In this document: positions 19,151 to 30,731 of the stretch, in pieces | How positions within the stretch are numbered: position 1 is the stretch's first letter | How the letters are laid out: each line of letters opens with the position of its first letter | Virus record (IMG/VR): IMGVR_UViG_2576861727_000003 | Origin: an uncultured virus (IMG/VR IMGVR_UViG_2576861727_000003) | Taxonomy: Duplodnaviria; Heunggongvirae; Uroviricota; Caudoviricetes | DNA: 64,000 nt | Direction: 5' to 3' (one strand) | Notes under the pieces: model-generated | Seen by the model: only the letters and a program-made list of their open reading frames with translations | Told to the model about the DNA's origin: nothing | Database searches by the model: none | Position numbers and translations under genes: made by a program

Positions 19151-22100
19151 TTATAAACCAACTTGCATTTTCAGCAAGAGGTCGTTTGTATAAGTGTCCA
19201 TAAAGTTCTTAAAGGTATCGTAATCCTTTGCGTTAATAGTTGCGTTGGGGAACGATATCTTAATTTCGTTGTTTACCGATTTGGTCACACCATTTATCTT
19301 ATCGCTACTGGAAATAATCGCATTACTAAATGGCAGATTAATTCCATTAAGCGTTGGCTTAGGTAAAGCATCAATCAGAAGATTGTACGCATTTGTCATA
19401 GCTTTTGTCGCTTTATCCATCACGCCAGAAGAGATAAAGTCGTAAACAGTTCGAGCCTGAGAAGAGCTCAGTGCAACTTCGGATTTTGACGGAGTGCCAT
19501 GAACTTGTGCAATACCAGTGCTAGAAATTACACCGCCATTAGCATAAGAACCAACTGCATCAAGTTTTATTTCTTCAAGGATCCTATCTCTAATACTATT
19601 ACGTATCTTATCGGTAACTAATAGAGCCATTGCTCCTTTATACTGAGACTTGATAACGATATCAGTTATCTTATTAGCAAGCTCTTTACGAGCCTTTTCA
19701 GCCTCTTCTCTTGTACTGTATTCTTTTCCAAGATATTCTTTAGCTACAGGAGCATTACGGAAACTACTATTAGTATTAAGTTTAATTTTGGGTTCATCTG
19801 GAATTTGAGCTTCATTATTAGCCTGTGCTATTTCATTTACAAGTAATTTGTAGTTATTTTTGAATTCCTCAAAGTTTTTGATGCGCTCGTCCCAAGTGCT
19901 CTTTTCGGTAATTTTAATGTCGTCGATTATCTTAAAATAGTTAAGCTTTTCATGATTCTGCTCTTCAACCCAATCATGTATTGCTTGTTTGTCTTTTTGA
20001 TATTGTTTGATTTTCTTATCAATCGAATCAGTATATTCTTTGTTCTTTTTGATTTGTTCATCAATACTATCATCAAGTTGATTCTTGAAGTTAGTATAAT
20101 TTTCTTGATAAGTATTGAGCATATCTTCGTCTCGCTCAATCACTTTTTCGCGCCATTCAGTGCCAAGAATACCATCAGTAATAGCTTCGTCGTGCGCCTT
20201 TGTATACGCATCCATAGCGTCCTGCCAAGCTTCCTTATAGTCTTCCCAAAGCTTGATTTCTGCATCTCGTTCTTTTTCGAGGTCAGCAATTTTAGCTTCA
20301 CGTTCCGACTTTGCAAGGTCTTTCTCGGCTTTATCAACGGCGGCGGCATCAAGCTCATAATGCCAACCTTGGGTTTCACTGTATACACGAACTCTAGTTT
20401 TACGAGCATTTGCTAGAGCATCCTTCTTCTCTTGGAGGTCGATACTTCTTTCGAGTTCTTCGTTTTCTTCCTTTAGCTTATCAATTTGGTCATCGTAATA
20501 TTTAGTTACGTCTTCTATCTTATCTTCAAGAGTTTTAACAACAGTATTACCAGCTATTTCATACTCGTCAACTATTTTCTCAAGTTTTTCTTTCTGGTCT
20601 TCAAGCGCGTCATTTACGTCTTCAGTTGCTTCTTTTTGTTCTTCGAGCTTCTTAATTATCTTATCATAATCGTATTCTACATACGAGAGATAATCAGATT
20701 CGGTTGCGCCGTATTGAACCATTTCAGAAATGGCTGTGCCAAGTGCGTCATCTCTAAGTTTCCTTATTGAATTACCGTAGAAATCACATTCTTTTCGTGC
20801 CTCTGCTGTAAGGGTACCCAAGTCTTTAAAGGTCTTCAACAAGGGTTCAGGTTTTGCTTTTATGAGTTTTGTAAGCCCATATTCTAAGTTACCAAATCTG
20901 TCTTTTGTAAGGTCTACATATTTTGCAAGTTCAGGATATTCCTTTACCAGTTCAAGCACTTCTTTAGTAGAACCAATTTTGTCGGGGGTTAATTCACCCA
21001 TCTTAACTTTCTTTAGAACTTCGCCGAGAGTTGTTAAATCTTTTGTTAAGTCTTCAATCGCATCTTTGTAAAGTGAAACATCGAAACCTTTGGGGTTTGA
21101 CAATTTCTCAAGAATGTCGTTCCAAGTGTTTAAACCTGAGAAGTCTTCAAGTTTATAAAGCTGAGTTATTTGGTCAAGAGTTAACCCTTGAATCTGAGAC
21201 TTAATGGTTTGCATGGTTTTAATCCAGTTTTCGTTGGCGGGCAAATCTTTCTTAAAACGATTTATGATTTTTTCAACCATATCATCGTACTGATTTACAA
21301 TTTCACCGTCGTTAGTTTCAAAATCTACGCCAAGCTGAAGACGAAGTTCTTTTCTCGGTAACTGGCTTTCGTCATAAGTCGGGTCATTTATAATTTCATT
21401 TATAGCTTCGTTAATTTTATTCGTATAGTCCTGATATGTAAGACTAGACCTATCAAGACCTTGAAGCTCAGACATCTTGCTTGTAATTTTATCACTTAAC
21501 CCATCAAGGAAGTCAAGATATTTTTCGACATCAACTTTCATCTGTCTTTCGGCAGACTCAGTGTCGGAGCCTTCTTTAGTAGCTTTATCAAAGAAATCAT
21601 AATTTTGAATAAAACCATCTACTAATTTTTGTTGTTGAGTGCTAAGGTTCCAGTATTTTTCTTGGCTTTTTGCATAACGGTCAACATATTCGTCAAATTT
21701 TTGGTTTACACTTTCTTCTTGGTCATATTGTTGGTCTAATTGTGTTAATAATTCTCTGTTCTTATCTAACAACTGAGGAATCGCTTTGTTTCCAGTTTCC
21801 TGTGCTAATTTATATAGCACATCATATCCTTCGTTGATTCTTTTGGCAGAAGCTATTGTATCTTTCGAGATTTCGTCATATGACGATATCCCGTACTTTT
21901 CCATAATTTGTTTAATTTCAGCAGCTTTTGTTTTATCTTTTTTTGATACACTCATATATAAAGAACCAAACTCTTTATAAAGATTATCATTTCTATCTTT
22001 TATTAAATTGCCTTCAATTTGTCCGTATGATTCATACCATTTTCCAGTGGTAAGTTTATCAATATTAGACTCTATCTCTTTTCGTTGGTTAACAATATCT

Positions 22101-22843
22101 TCAAAAACATTTTTATCATCTCGACCATTGAAGAAAGACGCATAAGTTTCGCGGCGTTGTTCTTTAAGTAACTGAATAGTATCCTCAATAGCCGTGGCAT
22201 TATTAATAAAAGCGTCACCTTGCGCATTTATTCCCTCAACCAATTGAGGATTTATTTGGATTAATTGCTCGACATAATTTTTATATGTCTCATACTGCTC
22301 ATTAGTAAGGGATAAATTTTCACCAGTTCTTGATACTCCAGCAGATAACTTTTTAAATCCCTCTTCAATACTCTCAACCGTTGACATATCCTCAGAGGTT
22401 TTTGACAGTCCTTCGTCTAATGTCTGCATTGCTTTATCGGCGTACTCAGTAATCTTTTGTTTGTGCTTTTCTGTAAATGGTAAGTTTTCCCAAATATAAT
22501 CAACTGCTTTGAATACTAATTGAGAACCTACTACTAAGAGCAAATTCATGCCGATATTTTTCAATATACCTAAGTATTTTGTAGCTCCAGTAGTCATTTC
22601 TGATAAGGCTTGATTTTGGTATGCAACTATACCGTCAACACTTACCTGACTAACATCTTCAACGCTTTCAATATATCCCCTTAAAATATTTCGACTATTA
22701 CCTGTAAACTGAGCAAAGTATTGTTCGTTGGTCATTGGATTTCGACTGGTAAATACAGATGAATAGTAGTCAGAAAGCTGACTTTGAAGCGTCTGTCTTG
22801 ATAACTCTGTGGGGATAAGATTAGATTTTATACCTTTTAATAT
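19151..22843 (-). CDS. Tape measure protein, exon 2 (1230 codons plus stop)
   Basis: Frame is open upstream of the first ATG back to 22843, immediately after the predicted omega-G; long coiled coil; YANGG..AQVHG..EVAL C-terminal motif. Confidence 0.85.
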   Translation of the reverse strand: MLKGIKSNLIPTELSRQTLQSQLSDYYSSVFTSRNPMTNEQYFAQFTGNSRNILRGYIESVEDVSQVSVDGIVAYQNQALSEMTTGATKYLGILKNIGMNLLLVVGSQLVFKAVDYIWENLPFTEKHKQKITEYADKAMQTLDEGLSKTSEDMSTVESIEEGFKKLSAGVSRTGENLSLTNEQYETYKNYVEQLIQINPQLVEGINAQGDAFINNATAIEDTIQLLKEQRRETYASFFNGRDDKNVFEDIVNQRKEIESNIDKLTTGKWYESYGQIEGNLIKDRNDNLYKEFGSLYMSVSKKDKTKAAEIKQIMEKYGISSYDEISKDTIASAKRINEGYDVLYKLAQETGNKAIPQLLDKNRELLTQLDQQYDQEESVNQKFDEYVDRYAKSQEKYWNLSTQQQKLVDGFIQNYDFFDKATKEGSDTESAERQMKVDVEKYLDFLDGLSDKITSKMSELQGLDRSSLTYQDYTNKINEAINEIINDPTYDESQLPRKELRLQLGVDFETNDGEIVNQYDDMVEKIINRFKKDLPANENWIKTMQTIKSQIQGLTLDQITQLYKLEDFSGLNTWNDILEKLSNPKGFDVSLYKDAIEDLTKDLTTLGEVLKKVKMGELTPDKIGSTKEVLELVKEYPELAKYVDLTKDRFGNLEYGLTKLIKAKPEPLLKTFKDLGTLTAEARKECDFYGNSIRKLRDDALGTAISEMVQYGATESDYLSYVEYDYDKIIKKLEEQKEATEDVNDALEDQKEKLEKIVDEYEIAGNTVVKTLEDKIEDVTKYYDDQIDKLKEENEELERSIDLQEKKDALANARKTRVRVYSETQGWHYELDAAAVDKAEKDLAKSEREAKIADLEKERDAEIKLWEDYKEAWQDAMDAYTKAHDEAITDGILGTEWREKVIERDEDMLNTYQENYTNFKNQLDDSIDEQIKKNKEYTDSIDKKIKQYQKDKQAIHDWVEEQNHEKLNYFKIIDDIKITEKSTWDERIKNFEEFKNNYKLLVNEIAQANNEAQIPDEPKIKLNTNSSFRNAPVAKEYLGKEYSTREEAEKARKELANKITDIVIKSQYKGAMALLVTDKIRNSIRDRILEEIKLDAVGSYANGGVISSTGIAQVHGTPSKSEVALSSSQARTVYDFISSGVMDKATKAMTNAYNLLIDALPKPTLNGINLPFSNAIISSSDKINGVTKSVNNEIKISFPNATINAKDYDTFKNFMDTYTNDLLLKMQVGL

Positions 22844-22864
22844 CTAATGTTGATGTGAGAAAAA

Positions 22865-23455
22865 TTATAGATTAATAATCCAAATTTTATAAAATGGTAC
22901 ACTATATATTTTTACATTGTTGTTATCATCTAAATAGTCTTCTAATGAATATTCGGGACAGTTATCTCCAATTTTTTCAAAGCGAATAGCTACAGAATTA
23001 TCTTTATTCCCAAAGACACTATAAAAATCTTCATCTGGAGTATATAAATCTTCTTTATCGTATAAACAATCTATACTTACCTTTGGAAACTCGTTATTTT
23101 TTGATGTTGTGTTTCCCACCCAGAAATCAATATTGACCTCTTTGAATGAGTCTAAAAAGTAAGAACCAAAACTTTGAGTTATTACATCTTGGGATTTACC
23201 ATCAACTAAAACTCTAAAGATATCATTATTGTCTTCGCAATATTCAATTTTCGTTATGTGATTTTTTACCCCCAAAGAATCATATACTCTATTGCTCTTT
23301 TTACAGCAATCATACGCCGCCAATTCTTTGTCATTCAGCACAGCAGATAAAACTTGTTTTTTAAAGACCTTTAGCCCCGCGAAAAGTGCTACTGCCACTA
23401 GCAAAATCACAATTAGAACGACTTGCCATTTTTTCAATTTCTTTGATTTACTCAT
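22865..23455 (-). CDS. Intron-encoded membrane-anchored protein of unknown function (not a homing endonuclease)
   Basis: Basic N-terminus plus VVLIVILLVAVALFAGL TM helix; AAGGAG RBS; no LAGLIDADG, HNH or GIY-YIG motif seen. Confidence 0.8.
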   Translation of the reverse strand: MSKSKKLKKWQVVLIVILLVAVALFAGLKVFKKQVLSAVLNDKELAAYDCCKKSNRVYDSLGVKNHITKIEYCEDNNDIFRVLVDGKSQDVITQSFGSYFLDSFKEVNIDFWVGNTTSKNNEFPKVSIDCLYDKEDLYTPDEDFYSVFGNKDNSVAIRFEKIGDNCPEYSLEDYLDDNNNVKIYSVPFYKIWIINL

Positions 23456-23477
23456 AAAATCACGCTCCTTTCTTTAG

Positions 23478-23506
23478 ATTATATCATTATATCTGATTCT
23501 CGTCAA
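23478..23506 (-). promoter_or_regulatory. Sigma-A promoter inside the intron, driving the cargo gene
   Basis: TTGACG-17 nt-TATAAT ending 22 nt upstream of the ATG. Confidence 0.8.
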
Positions 23507-23895
23507 GATAGAGTTAAGTCGCTTTCTCTCACCACGGCGCGACAGACCGTGTGTAATTTTAATGCCGTCCTATACGACATCACATTTTGGACTATCCAAT
23601 ACATGAAAACAATATCGCCTGTTTTCTATGAAGCAATTATAGTCTCTGAACCTCTCGAACTCAAGGACGCTTATGAATTATACGTCGCCGTCAAAAACGT
23701 AGTCGATTTGGATGCGGATTTTTTCACGCATATTATTACATAGGCTATGCGCTATCTTCTCCGAACGGGATTACAAACCCGTTACTCATGTGAGCCAATT
23801 TATGCTTTTTCACCCTATTATACCACACATAAGCGATTATTTATATGTGACATAAATTCTGGGCATATTATCAGAACCCTTTGATTTTTGGGTTC

Positions 23896-26800
23896 ACCCA
23901 GACCTGTTTTACCCTTAGCGATACCAAATCCTGCCAGTACCATCGGAGCAAGTTTTATCAGCGTATTCGAGCCGCCGATTAATTTGTCAAGAACTTTTAA
24001 TAGTTTGTCTGCACCAGAAATAATAGTCTTAAATCCGTCAGACTCTAATACGTCAGTTGAAAGCTTTTGCCATGTAGCAGAAAGCTGATTTACTTTACCG
24101 TTAATGGAATCCAGAGAAGTCTCTAATTCCTTAGCGGCGCTTCCGTCTGCACTTTCAGTAGAATCCTTTAATGTCTTTCGAGCCACATCAAAGTTTTCAA
24201 GCAAAGCAGAAACGATATTGGCTTGGTTTTTACCGCCAAGTAATTCAGCCAATCTAGCCTGAGATGTTTCTACCATGCCCTGATACGCGGTAGAAAGTTC
24301 GTCGATTATCTGATATGTAGACTTAAAATTGTTTTTATCAATCATTATATCTACGCCAGATAAACTCTGTATTTCGCCGCGAAGCTTTGAAGTACCTTCA
24401 GCTAAAAACTCTATGTCTTCGCCTAATTCAACGAGTTCTGTTTTACTGCCGCGGATACGCGCCGACAGAGTTTTCATTGCAGTACCTACTTTTATCGGGT
24501 CTTGTGCTACAGTGTTCGCCGCTGTGATTAACGCCACTGACTGTTCGAGGCTGTTGTTCGCTGCTTGTAAAGAAGCTGCCGACCTTTGCATAGCTTCACC
24601 GATACCCGCAGAAGAAATCGCAAAGTTATTACCAACATAGTTAAATACATCAACAATACGCTCTGCTGAGATACCAGCCTTTTCAAAAGCCTTTAATGTA
24701 CTTACGATAGACTGAGAAGCGGTTGTGATATCGAGGTCTTCGGCAACGCTCTTGTACATTGTTGCAAGTTCACCAAGTTTTTGAGACTGATTAAGGTCAT
24801 AACCTAGTCTTGAGAACTCCGCTGTTGCGTTTACAAGGTCGCTCATAGAAGCACCGAGTTTATGTGCGCTATTACCAACACCGCGCATAAATCTTTCAAG
24901 GTCTGCCTCAGTCGCATCTGTAACCTTACGTAAGTTAGTTAACGCCGAATCAACCTCTTGAACAGCCGAAACCATTCGCTTAAATGTGGAGATTACACGT
25001 TGAATTGTCATAGTAACCATTGTCCAGCTACCAAACTTTGCGTACATTCCACGCATAACATCTCCAAATGATTTACCAGTTACACCAGCGGCTCTCATAT
25101 CATTCATTAATGCTTTGAAGCTTGTTCTTAAAGCATCAACTTCGTGAGTTCCTAAATTGCCACTTGTAAGTGCATTATATATATCATTATAACGGCTTCG
25201 GTATTCTGGCATTGAGAAGCCTCGGCTATTTGCCGTTAGTGCTTTTTGCATCTGTTCTTGTAAGTTTAAAACAGCTTTTTGCGCTCTCTCGGCTTCGGAA
25301 CCAGCTCTTTCAAGTGTCCTAACCAATGGAGTATCTGCACTTACCCTAGAAAATTCCTGATTAACTTCCTCTATTAAAGTAAGCAATCTAGTCATTTCTA
25401 TATTAGCATCAGATATAGTTTGAGTCGGTAATGCTGACCTTAAAGCTTCTACTTGATTTAAGATTCCACCGTTGCCTTCCTCTCCAATTAATCTAACGCG
25501 AACGGATTTCATTTCATCCGTTTGTTGATATTTGTCTAATTCAGTAACAGTATTACGAATCTTATCTGCTGTATTCTTTAATGCTTTATCAATGGAATTC
25601 TTAGTCGCAATTTCATCAAAAGCGTCACCTAAAGTATGAGCTTGCTGTGTCAGCTCCGCCATTTGTTTGTTAGCATCTTCAAGAGTAATAACAAGCTTGC
25701 CGTCGGAATCAGTTTGCCTAAACTCTTTTTTGAAAGTTTCGATTTTCTCAAGTAATGTATTATACTGAGCTATCATTGCTTCTGCATCGCCAGAAGTTCC
25801 CATCGTAGTAAGTTTTGCAATATTTCCAGTTACCGTACTGGTTAACCCCTTGACACCAGACTCAAGCGATTCGTATGTTTTATACGCCGCTCGACCAAGC
25901 TCGTCTGTTCCTGTGGATATAGTGCCATGCGCAACCTTGCCATTAATATTGAATTTAAAAGAAGATAAAGCTTCGGTGATTTGAGCCTTCATCTTCTCAA
26001 TTGCGGGCTTTGCGTCAAACTCTTCAATCACAGGCTTTTCAATTGCATGGTTTAGTTTTCTACCAAGCGTATTGAGTTTATTTTGATATGCCTTGGCTAC
26101 CTTTTCAAACGTTTCAGAGAATGCCGTTTCATCTGCTGATGGCTCAAGTGTCACATTGTTTAAAGCCCTTTGAGTATCGGCTCTTAATTTTGTTATTGCT
26201 TCTTCTGAAAGCTCAAATGAACCTATAATAACATTTGGAAGAACAACCTTATCTTCAACTGATTTCTCGTCTTTATTTTGAGTTAAAGTTATTGTTTTAC
26301 CAATAGTAACATTTGCAAGCTGTGCTTGAATTTGTCCTCTGACCGCTTCAATTGCTTCGGGAGATACGGCAAATGAGTTGATGGGGATATTTGAGAGACC
26401 ATGAGAAAGGTCTTCGGAAAGTTTAGTAGCCGCAGATGTTGTTACAGAAGCATTACTCTTTTCAGTTTCATAATTCAATGTACCAACAATAGTATTCATT
26501 TGGTCGGTCATTGAAGCTAACTGTGTTTTAAGAGCCTGAATAATGACACCTTCATTTTTTTGAGTGCCAATATTCATCCATCTACCAGTTTCTTCGTGAT
26601 ATTTAGTTCGAATAGCTTCCGCGGTCTCAATCATTCTGTTGACTTGTGATAATTGATTTCCGTCTAATTCTGAAATACCTTGTATCAATCCGTTTTTGCC
26701 AACGCTAATTTTATTTGTATCTATAAAGGCTCTCAATTCAGTTCTAGCCGCTTGCATAGCCTTTGTTAGATTTTTTACGCCATCTATGTTTTTTGGATTG

Positions 26801-27549
26801 CCAACTTCAGGCGCAAAGTTTGCTAAGTCCTGTGGAACAAACTTAGCCGCAGAACTTTCTTGCATTGATTTGAGAAATGCCGCCGAAGATTTAAAACGTC
26901 TTTTTGTTATCTCGTCTGTAAAATCTTTGGTCATATACGGGTCATTTTCTATCTTATTAAGAGAGGAAAGTATCCGATTTGCAAGGCTGTTATAATCCTC
27001 GGATAAAGCCCATAGTTCAGTTCTTGCGTTCTGTAATTTATCTATCTTTGCCTGAATTCCTTGTATAGCGTCGGGATTGCTATAACGAGCTTCTTTGAGC
27101 TGAGCTTTGTATCCTTTGAGTGTTTGTGTATAAGCCTCGTCATTATATTTTTTGCCACTAATACCAGTAAGCTCTTTTAATCTATCAAACGCCTTTCGTG
27201 TTTCTTTTTCTTTGGTTACAAACTTATCAATTAGCTTTGAATAATCAGATATGCGTTTTTCTGTATTCGAAATAGTTTGTTGAGAAATAAAACTCTCTGT
27301 AGTTACTGGCTTGGTTATATCATGAATACCAAATTTATTAACCGCTCTTTGCAATTCACTTACATCGGCATGAAATTTTACGGTTGTTTCTAACCCAGTG
27401 GATAAAACATTTTTAAAGGTATTAAATTCCTTTAGATTTAATTTAATTGGGATACTTCTAGGCTGTGTTAAGCTATCCAATTGCTGTTTAAATTCTTTTC
27501 GGGAACTTTGTTCGAGTCCTATCGTAAACCTCAAATCATATTTACTCAT
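23896..27549 (-). CDS. Tape measure protein, exon 1 (1218 codons, TP901-type core)
   Basis: VDSALTNLRKVT..FSRLGY..VGNNFAISS..VGTAMKTLSARIRG core; spliced product predicted at 2448 aa. Confidence 0.9.
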
Positions 27550-27572
27550 ATCTAATCCACCTCCTTATATAT

Positions 27573-28136
27573 TCAAAAATCAATTTTATCTTTTCTTACG
27601 CCAGTTATACACGCTCTTTTTAATTCTTTTCTTAGATTATTGTCAGCCTTTACTTTGACATCTATCGCTTTATTAATATGCAATGGGTGTCCTTTTGTAC
27701 CAGGAACATCGTAAGTGTCAGTATCCCATCTCGGTTCAACAAGCCCCTCGTCTTTAAGCATATATAAAAAATCCAAAATAGATTTTTTCAAAGGCGTAGG
27801 ATAAGCTTTTTCTGTTCCATTTGCAAGCTGGGTTGTATATCCATTATGCCTTACAAAGTTACCCAACTGAGCGTGCATAAATTCAGACTTGCTACTATTT
27901 CCAGTAACGTTCACATACATCTTCTTTTTGTCTTTAAGACCGCCATTTTCTCCTCTTCGTTCATATGCAACGGGGTCATATTGGCTATATACTTTTTCAT
28001 CTATAGCCTGAGCCATATGATTTTTTAAAATTTCTCCGCCTTTTCCTTGCTCAAAAAACTCTTTTGCATGGTCTTTTAGTCCTTGTTCCGCTTTTCGTAG
28101 TATGCTCTCAGAGTTAATAGTTTTAAGTCTTGCCAT
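27573..28136 (-). CDS. Tail-region protein
   Basis: VYSQYDPVAYERRG motif; precedes the tape measure gene. Confidence 0.55.
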   Translation of the reverse strand: MARLKTINSESILRKAEQGLKDHAKEFFEQGKGGEILKNHMAQAIDEKVYSQYDPVAYERRGENGGLKDKKKMYVNVTGNSSKSEFMHAQLGNFVRHNGYTTQLANGTEKAYPTPLKKSILDFLYMLKDEGLVEPRWDTDTYDVPGTKGHPLHINKAIDVKVKADNNLRKELKRACITGVRKDKIDF

Positions 28137-28641
28137 TTATAACATCATCTCCACGCGGCGTATCTCGTATTATTATCTCGGTTCCAATCATTTTTATCAA
28201 GTTTTCAATTGTGCCGTCTGACGACAGTGTTGTTATTATATCTTTTGCTCTAATTAAAAGCTGATTAAGTATAATATTATTTGATACACAATAATCAACA
28301 AAATTATCAATTGACGACTTAATGTTACTGATTTGGCTGGGGTAGTCTAGTTTTGAAACAAATTCGTCAAATACATTTGTGCAATTAATAATTGTAAATG
28401 CTTTATTGGTTTCTGGCATTTCAGAAGCATCAAGATTTAGATAATAGACCATAACCCAAAACTTAAAAGAAAAGTCTTTCGTAAGCGGCATATATTCGTC
28501 TTTGTCGTTAAACATAAACGAAACCGCCAAATCTGATATCTCTTTATATTCATCCATTGTAATCTTCTGCTTGACCTCAAGTCCCTCAAAAGGATTACTC
28601 TTGGCTATATTTTCTTCGCTAAAAAATTCCTTTACTGTCAT
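28123..28641 (-). CDS. Hypothetical protein (possible tail chaperone)
   Basis: ORF with RBS in the tail operon. Confidence 0.55.
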   Translation of the reverse strand: MTVKEFFSEENIAKSNPFEGLEVKQKITMDEYKEISDLAVSFMFNDKDEYMPLTKDFSFKFWVMVYYLNLDASEMPETNKAFTIINCTNVFDEFVSKLDYPSQISNIKSSIDNFVDYCVSNNIILNQLLIRAKDIITTLSSDGTIENLIKMIGTEIIIRDTPRGDDVINGKT

Positions 28642-28688
28642 AATAATTTACCTCCGTTTATACATCGTAAAAAATAGGCAGGATATCT

Positions 28689-29075
28689 TTAGTTCCTGCC
28701 CTTTCTATTTTTGCGAGTTTTCTTCGCTGAAATCTCTTCATTAACTTTGTTGACCGCTTCCTCAATATTAAGTTCGCCGTCAACAACATATTCACTAAGC
28801 TCTTCCTTAGTTTCTTCAAGCACCTGTTCAACAGGTTTCTCATACAATTCTTTAACCTCTTCTTCGGTCTTGTCGAGACGTTCAGGCAACTTATTAGCCG
28901 CGCTTCTAGCCTCTAATACCTCTTGAATATAGAGGTCATAATGTTCCTTACAACACGCCACAGATTTCCATGCATTAATTCTGTCACAATAATCGCAAGC
29001 ATAATACTCTTTTCTGCCACCATCGGCACCGAGCGTACACTTAGAATACTTGCAAATATGGTTTGCTTTCTTCAT
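28689..29075 (-). CDS. Cys-rich hypothetical protein
   Basis: C..C..YYACDYC..WKSVACCKEH putative metal-binding motif. Confidence 0.6.
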   Translation of the reverse strand: MKKANHICKYSKCTLGADGGRKEYYACDYCDRINAWKSVACCKEHYDLYIQEVLEARSAANKLPERLDKTEEEVKELYEKPVEQVLEETKEELSEYVVDGELNIEEAVNKVNEEISAKKTRKNRKGRN

Positions 29076-29143
29076 CGGTTAGCCCCCTCTCTTAAAAAAT
29101 AAGTGCGGATATTCAATATACCCGCACTCAATATTATTAATTA

Positions 29144-29962
29144 TTAGGTATTGATAACCTCGTCATCGTCCCAAATAATCATATCCCACAGAAGCTTAGA
29201 TGCGCCCTTGCCACAGCCACCAGACAGTGCCTCAATCTCAAGATTGTGAGTAGCGGGGTCATTACCAAAGTTCAGCTCAAATGTACCAGAAATCTTGCCC
29301 TTGTAGAAGATAATAGTACCATAATAGGACTTCTCTGTACAAATATCCTTTGCAAATATTTCAAAGATAACCTTGTCGGTCTTAGAGAACTTACCTTCGT
29401 CATTAACAATCTTCTTAGCATTGCCCACCTTGATATCGTAGAAAGCAATCAGCTCATCACCAGCGGAGAACACGCCAGTAGGCAGAGTGATTTCCTTAGT
29501 TGCGGGATCATATGCAAAAGCGGTTGCAGTAGCAGAAGCCGCGATAGGATACTTTTCACCCTGAGTACCATCCGCATTTCTCTTATAAATATACTTAATT
29601 TCTGCGCCAGATGCGCCCTGAGCCTTATACTTAGTTGTAGCAGTAGTGCCATCCTCGGTCTCAATTATGTCCATGTAATTAGGAACAGTAACAGTACCCT
29701 TTACTATTTCGGAACCTACCTGTGCAGCAAGCAGACCATCTACAATAGAGCCATTAGTAGCGGTAAACTTTGACTCCTTGTTTCTTTCGGCGGTAGAAAT
29801 CTTTACACCATTCTTACCCTCAGCGTATACTACCTCAGACGAAACGGAAAGCTGACCTTCCTGAATATCATCAAGAATAAAGTCACAAGCGCCAGTTTCA
29901 AGGTCAAAAGCAGATATTCTTTCAAGTGTCTGAATAATATACTTGTTAGATTCAATTGCCAT
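29144..29962 (-). CDS. Major tail (tube) protein
   Basis: Position, codon bias of a highly expressed gene, GGAGG RBS before MAIESNK. Confidence 0.7.
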   Translation of the reverse strand: MAIESNKYIIQTLERISAFDLETGACDFILDDIQEGQLSVSSEVVYAEGKNGVKISTAERNKESKFTATNGSIVDGLLAAQVGSEIVKGTVTVPNYMDIIETEDGTTATTKYKAQGASGAEIKYIYKRNADGTQGEKYPIAASATATAFAYDPATKEITLPTGVFSAGDELIAFYDIKVGNAKKIVNDEGKFSKTDKVIFEIFAKDICTEKSYYGTIIFYKGKISGTFELNFGNDPATHNLEIEALSGGCGKGASKLLWDMIIWDDDEVINT

Positions 29963-29984
29963 ATTTTTTCCTCCTTTAAAAATT

Positions 29985-30731
29985 TTACGACTTGGATTTT
30001 TCCAAATCGCCATACCATGTTAGCAAAGAATTCGCTATATCCTTTTTGCTAACAGTTCCAGCGTAAATTGCTTGCGTCAAATACTTTGCAGTATCAGACT
30101 TATTGGTTCTATAAAAACCATTATAGAGCTGACTAATATGTAAGCTCATTATTGAAGTATAGTCATATGGAAAATCTGCACGACATACCATAGAAGAGAT
30201 AAGATTTGATAAAAATGGCTGAGGTTTCTTTCCTGCCGCTTTTTTCTGCTTGCGCCTCATGCGTTCAATCAGAAACTTCACGCCAATGTTATTGCCCATA
30301 TCATACTCTACTTTTTCATCCATATAGTTAATCCCACGCACAAACTCCATTATCTCTCGATAAATTACTTCGTCAATGATAATTTCACCATTACCAAAAA
30401 TCATTTCTCCATTTTGCTCGTTAACACCAACCTCAAATGTTGAAAAGTCCAAATCATAGAACATAAGCTTTGTTATGTCTACTGGCAACATTTTCATGTT
30501 GTTGACAAACATTGCAAAATTTGGTACATCTTGATAATTAATACCATTATCCCAAAGCTCTACAGCGTTATCATACGCTCTCATAGTGATATATTGTATT
30601 AAACCCAAATAATTAAATTGACCATATTCCTTAATTTCTTCAAGTGTTGGATTATGAATCTTAATTCCATTAGCAGTTATAAAATCTTCGCCGCCGATTA
30701 TATGTGTAAGTTCATCAAACATTACTGACAA
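29985..30731 (-). CDS. Conserved virion/assembly protein
   Basis: IHNPTLEEIKEYG..QAIYAGTV; lies between neck and tail genes. Confidence 0.55.
   Translation of the reverse strand: MSVMFDELTHIIGGEDFITANGIKIHNPTLEEIKEYGQFNYLGLIQYITMRAYDNAVELWDNGINYQDVPNFAMFVNNMKMLPVDITKLMFYDLDFSTFEVGVNEQNGEMIFGNGEIIIDEVIYREIMEFVRGINYMDEKVEYDMGNNIGVKFLIERMRRKQKKAAGKKPQPFLSNLISSMVCRADFPYDYTSIMSLHISQLYNGFYRTNKSDTAKYLTQAIYAGTVSKKDIANSLLTWYGDLEKSKS

Larger units (their letters stand above)
22844..23895 (-). ncRNA. Group I self-splicing intron (1052 nt) in the tape measure gene, with a cargo ORF in its 3' (P9) region
   Basis: R GGTTCAGAGACTATA (23638-23652), S GGATAGTCCA (23588-23597), Q AATCCGCATCCAAA (23707-23720); P1 TCTGGGT/GCCCAGA with a U-G pair; P10 TAATAT/ATATTA; in-frame exon join. 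Confidence 0.88.

Noticed and set aside
23549..23743. 64-aa plus-strand ORF
   Set aside because: Lies antisense over the group I intron catalytic core
23818..23895. C-terminal 25 aa of the 1243-aa ORF (EPKNQRVL..)
   Set aside because: Read-through into intron P1/P2 sequence, not part of the spliced TMP
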